Source: Lingula anatina
Taxonomy: Eukaryota; Animalia; Brachiopoda
Length of the DNA stretch: 64,000 nt
Assembly: GCA_051362555.1 (NCBI GenBank)
Contig: CM120641.1
Location: 36,276,401-36,340,400 of the forward strand
Direction: 5' to 3'
The first letter of the stretch is position 1. The number at the start of each line of letters is the position of its first letter. The notes below the pieces were generated by a model. It made no database searches. It had not been told where the DNA came from and saw nothing but the letters and a program-made list of their open reading frames with translations. Positions 1 to 13,100 of the stretch are shown here, in pieces. The position numbers and the translations under genes were made by a program.

Positions 1-232
1 AGTTCAGCTTTTTTTCATTGCCATTTGGAAAATGTAATTGATATTGATTCTGTCAACGGAACTATGGATTGCTGCACTTGGAGTATTGTTACAATTTTGT
101 CGATGCTGTAATTGTACACTTCAAACAGAGTAAATGACTATGAAAAAAGATTGGATAAAAATCAATTGTCTTTTTTAATTCATCATGTTTTTTTACATTA
201 TTTTCTAAGAATTTGTGTTTTATCATTATTAG

Positions 233-346
233 GCTGTTCCAGGCCCCGGTAAATATGAAATCCCAGGTCAATTTGAATCTCAACCAAATAAAGTGAACAC
301 AGAAGGAATTGAAGTTGAACACCCTCCATTTCTATCACAAGGAAAG
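233..346 (+). CDS. STPG2: STPG2-like (sperm-tail PG-rich repeat protein), internal exon; 5' part of gene outside window
   Basis: AG at 231-232, GTAAGC at 347; 114 nt, phase 0-0; AVPGPGKYEIPGQFESQPNKVNTEGIEVEHPPFLSQGK contains the PGPGxY (SHIPPO/STPGR) repeat. Not in the ORF track. Confidence 0.88.
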
Positions 347-1591
347 GTAAGCAAAACTTTAAAAATCTTTTTTAAAAAATTGTAAGCTATGTGTTTGTTA
401 TACATCAGAGTAAGAGAAATCTGTATCCAAAAAGTGACAAATTTGTATTTTTAAAGAACTCCCTTTATTTTGCTTCAAACAAGTGAATGCATTAGGTGGG
501 AATCCATTCTTCTCCTCTGAACAAATCTTGATGCATTTTGTTTTCAATGAGGATTATATACTCAGCATCAAACCATCATGTGTTTCCGCTTTTAGTGGTT
601 AGTTTGATGACGGATCAAGTTGAAATGTCTTTGTGTCAAATCGAATAAAAAAAAAAGTGTGGTATAGCATGGCAATATCTATTTCCCTTCTCACAGCTGA
701 ATACTGATATGATATATTAGGAGTGGAAGTTGTGTCTTCCTACACATTTAATGATTTGATGATGTTAGTTATTTCCTTTTGGTATATGCACATTCACATT
801 GTAAACTCATTGCCTTGATTGTTAACATGTTCTAGACACATATAGAGTGTTAGGAAGTTCAGTATTCATATCAGGGTGTTGATTTTATCGGGAAGAAAAA
901 TTGTCTGAGAAGAATGCTCTGTGATGTTTACAAGCACTGACTCACAAATGAAAATATGCATGGCTGTCACAAGCTCAGTACACAACACATAAATTGTATC
1001 TCACCCTATTTGAACATTTGTTGCAATTAATTAGGCCCTTTACCTTGATTACCATGGCAAGTGGAAGTTTGATCCCTTAGATAATAGAAACTTATGATTG
1101 CCCAATTATAACTACAATTGGAGGGGGCCAATTTATTGTTGTGCTGTAATAGTAGATATCTAATTCATACTGAATTGGAATGAAAGGTCCTTTGAAGTTG
1201 GCTTCCAATTTTGTTTTTAAGGGCCAGAGTAATTTGATTATGTAGTCTATTGCCCCCTTGAAGTAAAGCATATGACTTTGTGAATTAGACATCTGTGGGA
1301 ATGGAAAATATCCTGTATTTCCGGAATGCTTTGAGTTAAACAAATGAAACATTAATGACACAATGAAAAGCCTAAGCCTGTTTCTGTTATGTCTATGAAC
1401 TTTTTATCCAAATTGATAGTGTTTCTTGATTCCTCATACATTTTTAATTGTCTTTAAAAACTGTTATGGTATTTTTTCTTCTTTTTGCCAAAATACTCTT
1501 AGGTCTTGGTAGAGTGCCTATATTTCATATCATTTGATATTATCCTTTGTTAATATGTCAAATATATATGAAATTATTTTGTATTTTTCAG

Positions 1592-1751
1592 AGATTTGGC
1601 CCAATTAAATCAGAAGCCCCAGCTCCAGGGACATACAATGACCCCAGGTCAGCATTTGAATCGTTAAAAAGGGTGACAGGCCTGAAGAGGAGTCCCTTTG
1701 GTCAAACAGCAGTCAGATTCCAACCATCACACCATATTCGCAAAACTCCAG
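1592..1751 (+). CDS. STPG2: STPG2-like exon
   Basis: tttttcAG acceptor, G|GTACGT donor; 160 nt, phase 0-1; RFGPIKSEAPAPGTYNDPR...PFGQTAVRF...KTPG. Confidence 0.9.
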
Positions 1752-1774
1752 GTACGTAGAGAACAACTGATTTT

Positions 1775-1940
1775 GGGCGGATCCAGAGATATTTTCTGAC
1801 AGTCTTTCAAATTACCTTTGTTGATCCATACCCCATTTTTGACTGGCTTCCGACAGAAAAAATTAGGTCCCCCTCAATGTAGACTAGAAAATTCTGACCG
1901 TCTTCTGGCAGACCCAGAAGACAGTTTCCGTCTACCCCTG
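1775..1940. mobile_element. possible degenerate short non-autonomous DNA element
   Basis: Starts GGGCGGATCCAG and ends CCGTCTACCCCTG (loose inverted ends of CAGGGGCGGA type); less AT-rich than the flanks; no TSD verified. Confidence 0.25.
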
Positions 1941-2814
1941 ATTGTAAATTCTTGTATCATAAGTATAGATTAGACTGTCTTAGTCAACAGGCTCTTTAGA
2001 AGTATCCAGTATATCAACAAGGGGTAGGGGGAAGCAAATGAAATATCCACCTGCCCTAATTATGAGATCCTTTATTTTATCAAAGGGTATTTTGGATAGA
2101 TGCACTACTAATAGATGCACATTTACACATGAAAATTGTAATTATCAAAATATGCCTTTAGGGAAAAAAATTATGTTTGCTGGCAGAACTTGATAGTCAT
2201 GCTAAATGAAGAATATACTTGTGCATGATTTTCATAAATCCACTAATTGTAAAGAGATTCAGTAGTTTTAATTGTATTTTCATTGATTTTTAAATGTATC
2301 TGTGTGGTAAAAAAATTCTTGAATTACTCCTATCAGTGAGAAGAACATAGATAAGCTTTTACTTGATTGGCATAATTCTCTATTGATTCTGATAAGCGTG
2401 ACAATATACAATTGTCAGCCACTCATCAGACGAGAAAAAATTACACAAATCATGAAACTTGTCAGATTCGTTTGATGCATTGAAGTTCTGCCATTTGTAA
2501 CGAAGCCATTTTTGAAGGCATGGCAATGACAGCGTCCCACAAGACCATAATTCTCATTTGCATATAAATGAATAAGAATGAAAGATAATGTTAATGAAAG
2601 ACCATCTTCTGATTGTTTCATTAGATTTATAGATATAGATACAGTTTTATTTTTAGTCAATACCCAAAATACTTGTATAATTATCAAGAAATATTTTGTA
2701 TTTTATGGCTTTGTGTGTGTGTGTGTGGGGGGGGTGCATTTGTGCGTGAAATATGTTTTGTGACAAGCTTTTTGTTATTTATTTATTTATTTATGTATTT
2801 TTTGTTTATTTTAG

Positions 2815-3068
2815 GACCTGGTGCTTATCATGTGGCAGGTATGGGGGCAGACAGCATGAAAAAAGCATATATTGAGAGCACACGGAAAGGTGTGTTTGGG
2901 ACAACCTCTGTCCGCATTGCACCCATGACAGAAAAAGACATCACAGAAATGCCAGGACCAGCTCAGTATCAACCAAAAGAAAAAATCTTCCAACCCAACT
3001 ACCCAACTCTTACTGCCAACTTCTCATCCTTAACGTCACGGTTAAGTGAACCACCTGCAATTATAAAG
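2815..3068 (+). CDS. STPG2: STPG2-like exon
   Basis: ttttAG acceptor, AAG|GTAAGG donor; 254 nt, phase 1-0; GPGAYHV...GVFGTTSVR...MPGPAQY...PPAIIK. Confidence 0.9.
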
Positions 3069-5639
3069 GTAAGGGATAAAATCTTACAGAGACCGGTGCA
3101 CTTGTAATTTTTTTTTTATCAAACAGTTTGTTGAAGATGCCAAATTAGTTATTTTCTTGTTTATTTTTAAACCAATAGGATTTACAAGGAAAGGGCTTGA
3201 TGCAGTCCTTGTTTTTTTCACTTGTCTTTTGTGGACATTTAACAGTTTCAAAACAATTACTAAAAAAATTTAAACAACAATAACAACAAAAAAATTTACC
3301 ACATTAAACTGGGATAAAATGAAGAGAAGAAATTGATGAGTTTCTGACATTGATTATCATGGCATATTTGCTGGCTGAACAATACAAAGGCCAAACGGGT
3401 CATTGTACTTTATTCCCTTGTGGAGGCAGACATGTCAGTAATCATTTTCCTCCCCATTTGTTCATTGTCTCCCACATTTCTGTCAGGCCAAGGTGGGTTT
3501 TTTTCCTTATGAAATAGATATTAAAGAGGAAAATATGCAATTATTAATTAAGATTACTTTAATAATTGTATTAGTAGAAATGTCCGCCATACCTGTTTCA
3601 ACAAGGTAGTATGTTTACCGGGGTAGTTGAAACCATTTTAAATGCTCTTTTGGCTTTTCCTATAAGTCAGAGTTGATATATTTGCATAGACTAACAGAGG
3701 ACAATATCATGAATATATAATGATATCTCTTGATTCTACCACTTGCTTTAAAATGTGTACTTAGGTCAAACTTCCCCATTAAAATCTTAGCTCTCTGTTA
3801 TGTTATGTAAAATACACATGCTTATCATGATTAGCAAGAATATGTTAGTGCTGAAAATGACCATATTATGAATAAGGACACAAAGAATTGCATAATAACT
3901 TCTAAAAGAGTTTCAATGGTGACTTATGGTTAAGAGGTAGCAGAGAGGGGATGACAGGAGGCATGGAGGACTCACAGTAAATGTTTAGATAGCACTACAA
4001 GGCTTAAACAACTCATGTTGTGTTATCAGAAGAATAGGGTTCAGATGGAATCGTTCTCTTCTTTGTTTCTACATACTTTGCTCAGAAAAGTAAAGAGGAT
4101 TATGTATGGGTTTTATCCACATGCCAGATTCAGTCAGCTAACACCTATACAGATAATACTTTCTTACCTGGCTTGATAGGTTAACAATGTGGAAATCTTG
4201 TACTCTTGAGGCTCTGGCATATGAATGCTAATTGGGAAACAAAAGACTGTAATGTTACCTGATACAGCAGACTTTAGAGCATAATCTGAGATTTGTTCTC
4301 TGCTAAATGCTGAACCCATCTGGCAGTTAGACTTTTTCTATCCTGATTCACTATAAAATGATAAACAAAAAGAGCACTATTTACAATTCAGTATGTAGTG
4401 TAAAAGGTATTTTATTAGAACACGAAGTTGCAACAATCAGTTGCATTTGGAGAAACCAGAAATTCCTAATTGGGTCCTTTTGTATTCTTCTTTTTTTTTA
4501 AATGCAACAGTAAGCAGTTCCCACATTTAAGTACACGCTACCTGCATTGTTAATACATCTGACACATTTACACATTTACATGATTTCTATTGAGGAAAAC
4601 CACTGTGCTATCTGTTTTTTTATGTCAGAAATTTCAACAGAATATAATTACATTGTGAATTGCATTGTACAAGAAGCACTTTGTCACATTCAAGTTTTTT
4701 TTCATTCTGAATTAAATCATGAAATGATTCTAGTATTCTTTACAATTATGAAAAACAACTTCCGAATATATTCTATTCTTGGGCAGGTGTTTTGTCACAG
4801 ACAGTGTGCAAGACTCATTTGTTAACTAATTAATAGTTCCAGGAGGAAATTAATTCTATTATCAGTAGGCGAGGAACTCCTTTGTCCCCTCTCCAATTGA
4901 AATTAATTTACTTTGGTAATTTTTTCATATGATTATTTTTTTCTTTCTTTAAACTGACAACACATCTCCAGTAGAATGTATTGTTCTTTGCAGCTTGCTG
5001 TTAATCAACTGAAGGACAATTCAATAATCACTCTTGTCTCATAAGATGTCTGCTTTGCATAGGACAGCATCCAGTCATATTGCCCTGATTAATGTAAAAA
5101 GAACTGAATGAAAATGAATGTTTACTCTTTGTTTGTGAGATGTGGAATGTCATCATTAATTGGCAAGAATTTTTGAAAGGAGTAGTGATAGTTTTCATGA
5201 TCTCTGATTAAACGAATGTGTCATAATGAGCAGTTTTCTTATTATATTTCTAGGATTGATTAGTCCCTTGATTTTTCTCAATCAATAGTATGTGGTGGTA
5301 AATGTTCAGATCGTGTGTGAGGGGATTCATTTTTGCTAGCAGCTAGACTATTTTTTTGCTTGTGGATAGAGTAAAAGGGCAGTGAAATCTTTTAAAAAGA
5401 CAAAAATTTAAGGACACTTGAATGACAGAGGCACCAATACTAGGACTGTATAAAAAAAAAAAGAAAAAAAATATGAATTTTAACTATATGTTAGCCCATG
5501 GCATCACTACCGTATTCTTTGTATGCATTCATTTTACATTAAATCTTTCAGGTGACCATTCTAAAAATTTTCTCTAAATATCTTGATTTTAACTAATGAT
5601 TTTATCTAATTAGTATTATATTAATTATTTTCATTCTAG

Positions 5640-5823
5640 GAAATGCCACCTCCAGGATCATACGAAGTGAGCAAGTCTTTCCAGGCCTCACAAGACAAGA
5701 GGACGGGGCCAAAACCAAGAAATGAGCATGCGGCAAGAAGAATAGGAGCATTCAGATCATCAACTTCTAGATTTGCTCCACCAAGGGACATAGTTTATGA
5801 GGGTACAGATGCGGAAAATCCAG
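5640..5823 (+). CDS. STPG2: STPG2-like exon
   Basis: ttctAG acceptor, CAG|GTGAGA donor; 184 nt, phase 0-1; EMPPPGSYEVSKSF...AFRSSTSRF...ENPG. Confidence 0.9.
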
Positions 5824-7528
5824 GTGAGAAATCTTTTACTTTTTTTTTTTTCATATAAGGTTAAGTAGGATAACTTTTTATCAGTCGTATCTTTAATACG
5901 AACAAAAATTGAAAACTTTTTTTTTTAAAAGATGACTCAACGTGTCATACAACTTAGGGAAAAATGTCAAATAATTGAATTTCTAGCTTTTGTTGAATAG
6001 GTAAAAACATAACCAGGGAGAAAAGCACCACACACTCATTATTTTTGCAATTCAAATTCTGCCAATTAGTTCCCTTGCAGGGGCTCTATTTTATTCCTTC
6101 CACTGAATTGTTACTTAATCAAATTAACCAGCACCATAATGCTTTCTTAATTGCCTGATGTAAAGAAACAGATTTCCTCAGTGTTAGTCATCAAAACAAT
6201 GGCATAGCTTTACTTGATCTAATTATGTAGGCATCTTTTTATGTGATTATTTTAATCTGCTTTGACATTGCACAGGTGACAGCTCAGGAAAAGAACATTT
6301 CATTTCGGTCTTATTGAATCTTGTTATAGGGCAGCTGAAGTTTGCCAGTCCCATGCCTCAGAAATACAGAGGCTGCTAAATTGAAAAAGAGCCTCAATAA
6401 AAATCAAAGCCAGATAACATGTTTAAAACCCAATTAGATTGGACTAAAATCACTGGATCTGGAACACGAAAAATTCTATTAAAAGGGTTTATTCAAAGAT
6501 ATGACTAAGAATTCTCCATGTTATATTTTTAAAACTCTTTTGCCCATCAACATTCCATAATTTGTTCAGAAACATCATTATCAAAGGGAAAAATTCAACT
6601 TGACTGTAGTCCATCTGTGATACTGGTTCAAACAGTATGCAAGAGGATATGTCATTATCTGCCATGTGTTGGCTCAGACATTTTTATTTATAATTTAATT
6701 GGGGAAGCAAGCAAAAGTTGAAACAATCTCAAAATTACAGGCGTATGCCATGTCAGCGTCAGTTTTCCTGAAATTTGTTGCTTTTTTTTTTTTTTTTTTT
6801 TTTTTTGTATTTTGGCATTACCCTAGGTGAAGTGTTTTGCAGATGGATATGTCTCAGTGGCAAAACCATGTATTTCTGAAGCTTATTAAGTTTTGTCAGA
6901 AAAGAAAATGAAGAAATACATACCTGGATTTTTTTTCTCAGTTTATTGCAAATGGCAGAGACTAAATTTTCAATGTATTTTAAAAAGATTTAAAAAGAAT
7001 TACAAGTGAATGACCAAGAAAAGAAGCAAAAAAAAAAAAAAGATGACGTGTTAGATAGACATAAGATTCATGTCTCGAATTAACTCCAGAAGATTTATAT
7101 TACAATAGTCGAACATTAGGGGAGGAATTAATAGTGTGGTCTCTGAGTCACAGTGATAATATCTAATCAACCATGAGAAATGTGCATCTAACTAAATGTG
7201 CCTATTTTACACTAGCTTCCAGCAGTGGTACAGTAATGATGTGAAAAAAATTGACAATGTAATTTACTTATACAGACTTTATTTCATTAATTAAAGGAAA
7301 TTTTCTGCAAATATAAATGCTGTCATATATATGAAAGAATTTTTTTTAAAAATTTTTATAGATGCTATTCAAAATACCTGCCCTAAACAAAAATAAAATA
7401 AAACAAAACAAAACATGATAGCATACTATATAATTTCTTACATATTATCGACATGCCTTTTTAACAAAATAAAAAGAGTGTTATGTTATTTTAAAAATAT
7501 GTTTACATGTTAATCATTTGCATTCTAG

Positions 7529-7647
7529 GTCCAGGAACTTATGAGTTTGGCAGTCAGCTTGCCAGGAAGGGTGGACTCATGGTAACCAAAGATAAGAGAT
7601 TTAGAAAGGAAATCAAAAATGATGTCCCAGGACCTGGTGCTTATGAG
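7529..7647 (+). CDS. STPG2: STPG2-like exon
   Basis: ttctAG acceptor, GAG|GTAAGA donor; 119 nt, phase 1-0; GPGTYE...KDKRF...VPGPGAYE. Confidence 0.9.
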
Positions 7648-8850
7648 GTAAGATTAAGCCAGTTATTACTAGATATTAAAACATGTTTATATCATTGTAC
7701 TTTTTTATGTTTTCCTCCCTCTCCCCCTTTTTGCTCCACGTATTTAGACCTTCTTTTTGAGAAACAACTGACCCTGAATAAAGTATTGATAAGATTTCAC
7801 TGCCTGCTTGTTTCCTGGAAGATTTACTCTTCTAATCCCCTCTTTTTATCCATTTGGATCAATTAGTCACAGAAAGCAAATCTTGGAATCACTTCAATGC
7901 CAAACCATACTTCCAGGATAATCCAGTTTCTTGGCATCCCGTGGCAAGAGGCCCCTTGAACCGAGTCAAAATACCTGATATGATGTTGGGCTCCTTATCT
8001 TTTTGTTTATCAATAAATCTAGATTGAAAGAAAAATCATAAATCAGCTTATGAACTGGGGCTTAATCCGAGAAATTGAACCATCATTTAGACTGGGTATT
8101 GATCCTCATCCACTTTCTCATTGTCTGCAAAGCTGAGTGAATCATCGAGAAAACAACTGACAACTACTTGTCAGCCGACTTGTCCTCATGCCTTGACTCT
8201 CTATAGATAATTTAATCAATGCATTTCACTCCGCTACACTCAAATTTGATAGTGAACGGCATAAATGAATCCTGATCATCTAATTGGGACCAGTCAATGA
8301 TGTACACTCTTCCTCGTCTCCAACTTCATTAAGACTGCATTGTCATTCTGGGCACAGTTCTGAGCAGTTTATATTTTATTGATTCAGTGAATTCTGCAGG
8401 TTTGACGAAGTTTGTTTATACCTCTTTATCAAAAATGCATGAGCTTTTTGCTTGTATGATTTGTATATGCCATAATTTCATGAACCAATGCATAAGCACA
8501 ATCATTTTTTCAAAATCAGAAAATATTTTCCAAATTATAAAAATGTGATGTCCTGTGTGGGTTGAAATTGAGGCCCAGAGATAAAAACCAAGCACACAGA
8601 CAGGCAGTGAAATTGATCTTTAAACCAACTTGACAAACATCCCTCTCTTGATATCAACTTAGATTATTTCATATTGAGTATTGTAAAACTATTCCAAATG
8701 TTTATTGCTTAGTTTGCAAGGATGTATTTTACCATTTTAAGTGTTCTATCAGTACTATAATAACCTGTGGTAGTCACTTTCCTTAATCATACACTCAATA
8801 CATTGTGTAATATGTGTATGTATAAATTTGTTTTTTTTTTTCTTTTCCAG

Positions 8851-8982
8851 TTCTCTCCATTAATCCAGGACACAGTTTTACAAGGCACATTTAATGCCAC
8901 CCTCAACAACCCAATTGTACCCCACATGGAATCAGTACAGCAGGGAACAGCAGCCAAACAAGCTTTCCTATTGGGAGTATGA
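8851..8982 (+). CDS. STPG2: STPG2-like terminal coding exon
   Basis: Long poly-T tract + ccAG acceptor; FSPLIQDTVLQGTFNATLNNP...AFLLGV then TGA TAA; phase 0 matches the previous exon. Confidence 0.88.
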   Translation, partial: FSPLIQDTVLQGTFNATLNNPIVPHMESVQQGTAAKQAFLLGV

Positions 8983-9408
8983 TAACAGTGACAAATACGA
9001 TACAACAACTCCAGACATTGTTGTCTGGGGCACTTTGTGATTAAATGTATATATGTAGATTTCCTATGTAAATAATACTGTATAAATCCTGAATAAATTT
9101 AATGTACAGTAATATATTGAAAGCCAATCATGCCACCATTGCTCATATGAAAGGGGATGTGATAAGTAGTGATAATGGCTAATGGTCAGTTCTGATAGTG
9201 TAGAGTCAATATCAGAGCCATTGATATGGAAACAATAGCACTTGAACATTATATAGACACAGCATGCCTGCAGACTATGTGCATTTTTTTTCAGTCCTCA
9301 GGCTATGATTTTATTCCTGTTGAGCTTCTATTGATTAAAAAGTATCATTTGTATTTTGTCTGTTTTGTACTTACAACATATCAAGTACCATATGTGAATA
9401 TGAATACC

Positions 9409-9414
9409 AATAAA
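9409..9414 (+). promoter_or_regulatory. candidate polyadenylation signal of STPG2-like gene
   Basis: AATAAA about 430 nt after the stop, followed by U/GU-rich sequence; another AATAAA lies at 9092-9097. Confidence 0.4.
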
Positions 9415-10199
9415 AATGGATCAAATCTAAGATTTTTTAGAATTGTTACTTAACTGTATTTCTGTTAGCTGGTTTCTGACTTGTCAAAGTATATAGACTA
9501 CTTGCCAAGTGGCAGTTATGCAGAACAAACATTTTTATCCTATGTGAAACAACCCAAAAGCAAAGAAAGTGACTTTTCAGACTTGTCGGCTTAAGACATG
9601 TTAGTGAGACGGCTGGAAAGAATTTCTGAGTTCCTTGCAAGATGGTATCTTGGTTTTACAAGGTTTAGCCCATTGACTGATAAATGATCCATGCAGATTT
9701 TCCCCTCTCAGCTACAGCATCCAAATCCAAATGTCACATATTTTCTGACTGACAAAACAGGCTGCTCGGTCTGGTTTGGAATCTGGAGAGAGAAAAAAAA
9801 AGAACTTGCTCAAAATTCCAGCTTTGTCTATGAAAAATGAACTGCCACTAGATACGACAGCGCTCTTTAGTCAAGAGGAAGAGTGGTCCTCTACCGCTGC
9901 CTTTTTCCTTCCATCAAAAATTCAGTTTACTGCCATCATAAACCCGCACTGTGCAGAACAATAGAGCAAGTAAATCAAATAGAAATAAAAGATTTAAAAG
10001 AGACAAAGTGCAGAGGATACAAATGTTGAGATTCTCCCGTTTTGCATTGTAATATGACAGGCAGTGATGCCAAATTCCAAATTGACCATGAAATCCATGC
10101 ACATCTGTGGACAGTTATTCATAGTAATGAAATGAGGCTGACGTATAGTGGATAAGTGAGGGTTTGATTAATACATCCTTTCAGTTTTATCTATGTCTT

Positions 10200-13100
10200 T
10201 ATTAGTATCAAAACAGTGGGCTCTTTTTTTTTCGTTCGATTTCTCCCGTCAAGTTCTTGCCAAATAAGCGTCAATGTGATCAGAATGTCTAAACGGCTAA
10301 TCACAGTCATGCATTTAGTGATAATCCGTCAGTTGAGAAGGTTAAGATTTTTTTCCTAAAATTATATCTTTTATTAAGGTTCGAAGCACATCATGCCATG
10401 TAACAATTTCCTGGCGCCAGTCAATGTTTTTATCTTGTTTTAGCGTAGTAAAATCTCTGCGTCATAGACCGTAGTTTTTAAGATTCAATCTGTGGTCAGT
10501 GAAACGTGGCTTTGATGAGTAAAAGGCGCCTATGCTTTTATTGTAAGCTTACATGTCTTTAAAAATCACCGTTGAGTTTCACAAGTTTGTGTTTACAGTA
10601 TAAGATTGTATTCATCTTTTTTTATAAAAAGTAAAACAATAAAATTGCAATACAAAAATATCAAACTTGATTTTTTCCAATATTATAATCTGATTTCATA
10701 TTCTAGAGATTATTTTTACTACAAAGTCTTTTTATCATTGTCGTTACTAAAATAGCGCCTCTTATGAATGGCTCTGAAGAAAGAGTATCGGTTGTACCGT
10801 ATTTGTTATCTTCCGTGCGTGTTTCTCTATCTGAAATAAATTGCCAACTTACGGAGATAAGAAAGCTAAAATGTCTGAAGCGAGCTGCTGCTTGAGGAAC
10901 GTTTCAAGCAGACCACCTAGGACGGGGTCGAAATATATCTTTTCTAGTTCAATAAAAAGTCTCATTTTCATCATTTTTCTACATAAAGCAGATGGCAAAA
11001 TAAGTGAAGGTGGTAAGGTTCGCCAAACATTAGGTCTACAAAACCTGACACTGGGAAGAAGGGCGAAACCCAAATGTTTTGACTTTTGATTTCAAATAAA
11101 GCTTTTTTTCATGGGCTTGTCCAAGGTTTGTGGGTCGTAGCTAGCTGTTAAGTCCCACTCTTATACCAAACATTGTCGGTTTAGGGAGACATTGAGAGCC
11201 GGAATGTCAAGTGCTCCTTCATGGCTCTCTGTGCCTCAAATCCGCCTAGCGTTTGTACTTGGGGCGTGTATGATTTCAGAATAAAGCATCTACTTTCACG
11301 CAAAAGTTTTATTTGCTAGAAAACAACTTAGATAAGGGAAATGCACGTCTATAAGGTGGTCAAAATAGCGTGTATTTTTCATTTTCGTTTCGTGCCTCAC
11401 AATATCTTGTCGACCTTACCTCTTCCAATGTTGACACACCTATGCAATTTTACTTTGCCGTTATGCAAACAAATATTCAAGTATAAAACTGTAAATATGT
11501 TTAAAAAAACTCTGAATAACTTCGTCGCTTAATCATAAATGAAGTTTAAACTTTTGAAAAGTTTTAGACTTTGGTGAATTGTTTTACCCTTGCCTTAAAT
11601 CCCTAGCATCCATCTATACTTATGACTTTCTTAACTGAATTACCAACAGAAATCCTCACCTCACAGTTCATGCGATTCAGTATTTTTTTCACTGATCTAA
11701 AATTTCAAACAGTCGCGCCTGTCCGCCATAAACCCTTAAATGTCGAAAAAATATGAGGTTGGAATCTTCTACAGACTTCAACGACCAACAAAGTACAAGG
11801 GTAGGCTACGTGTGGATATTTTCTTGAATTATTTTTCTTTTATTTCTGTTTTCTTTTCTTGTTCTTTCTTTTTTTTTTTAACTTATGAAGATGAAGGTTC
11901 TCGATATTATTTTACATATATATTTGGGTGTTTGTCATAAAAAGGTGGGCTTCTAGCTGCTGTTGTGTCATGGGACTGGCGTATGTATCTCTGTCCAAAA
12001 GGAGATGCTAGTCAATATTTTACCAGTGCACTTGAGATGAGAACTTCAGCAAAATGAGGCGACCACACTATAGATAAGAATTTTCTCTAACCCTGCCAGT
12101 TCCAGTCAGTCAGTGAGCCGACTGTGGCACAAATCCTTCTTAACCTTAACTTTATCTCAGTAATCTTGTCCAAAAGCTGATTTCTCTACTCTTCAGTATT
12201 CTTTAGCCGCATGCAATTGCCATATTTGGATAAATTCATTAACTTTCTCAGTTTGAAGCTAATCATCAACGTCGCAGTATTGCCCGGAGAACTGTAAAGT
12301 GCACTTCGCCGTGTACATTGGTTTTACGCTTTTATCCGTATTGCTTTTCATATTTCCTACAATTAACAAGGCCGGGAAGGTTTAGACTCTTGGAGTACAT
12401 TGGGTCGTTTAGCGAGTGGGACAGAAGTAGAAAGATTATCCTTGTTAAATTTGTCTCAGCGTGAGTCAAGTAGTTTGACTAAGACAAGTGCCCGAAATTC
12501 TGGTCCGATTGAGTGTTAGGACAGTTTTTATTTTTACTAATTTCCTATTGGAATGAAGCTTCTACACACTCATTACGTCTATCTCGATGACAACTTACTT
12601 GGCGGCAAATATTGACGAAGGTATTAAAACGACGATAAACGCGAAAAGTCGTCTAGCAACCTTGATATCCATCTACTGTCTCAAGAGCCCACAAACCTCT
12701 TGAGATTGCCCAAAACAATAACCTACGGGGACGGCAAGTCTCCGCAAAGTTGCACGCTCCCTTTTCAGAAAACCATGTGAGAGGGTCGCCCCATTTCGCT
12801 TGCTGCCTTTACTCCTCTCGCCCATACCATCAGTATCTGATACTTGCACCAAGGAAATATTCGGATATTCCTTCCATTTTCTAATAGATTTTCAGAAGCT
12901 GAGTTTTGCGTCAACACAGGTAAATTATATAATTATTTCTGAGGATGAGGTCTACCGACTATGTATCGAAGAGGCTTGAATATTTAACGAAGACCCCAGT
13001 AAACTGCTGGTAATCTGAAGTCAGTTCAAACGTCATTTTTAAATAATTTAGGGTAATGTATCTTAACTGAGGGTAGGTGATCTGTATATTTTTGTCTGTG

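Noticed and set aside
9843-9864. CTCF-like TGCCACTAGATACGACAGCGC between the two genes
   Set aside because: Core positions after CCACTAGA do not fit the consensus spacing.
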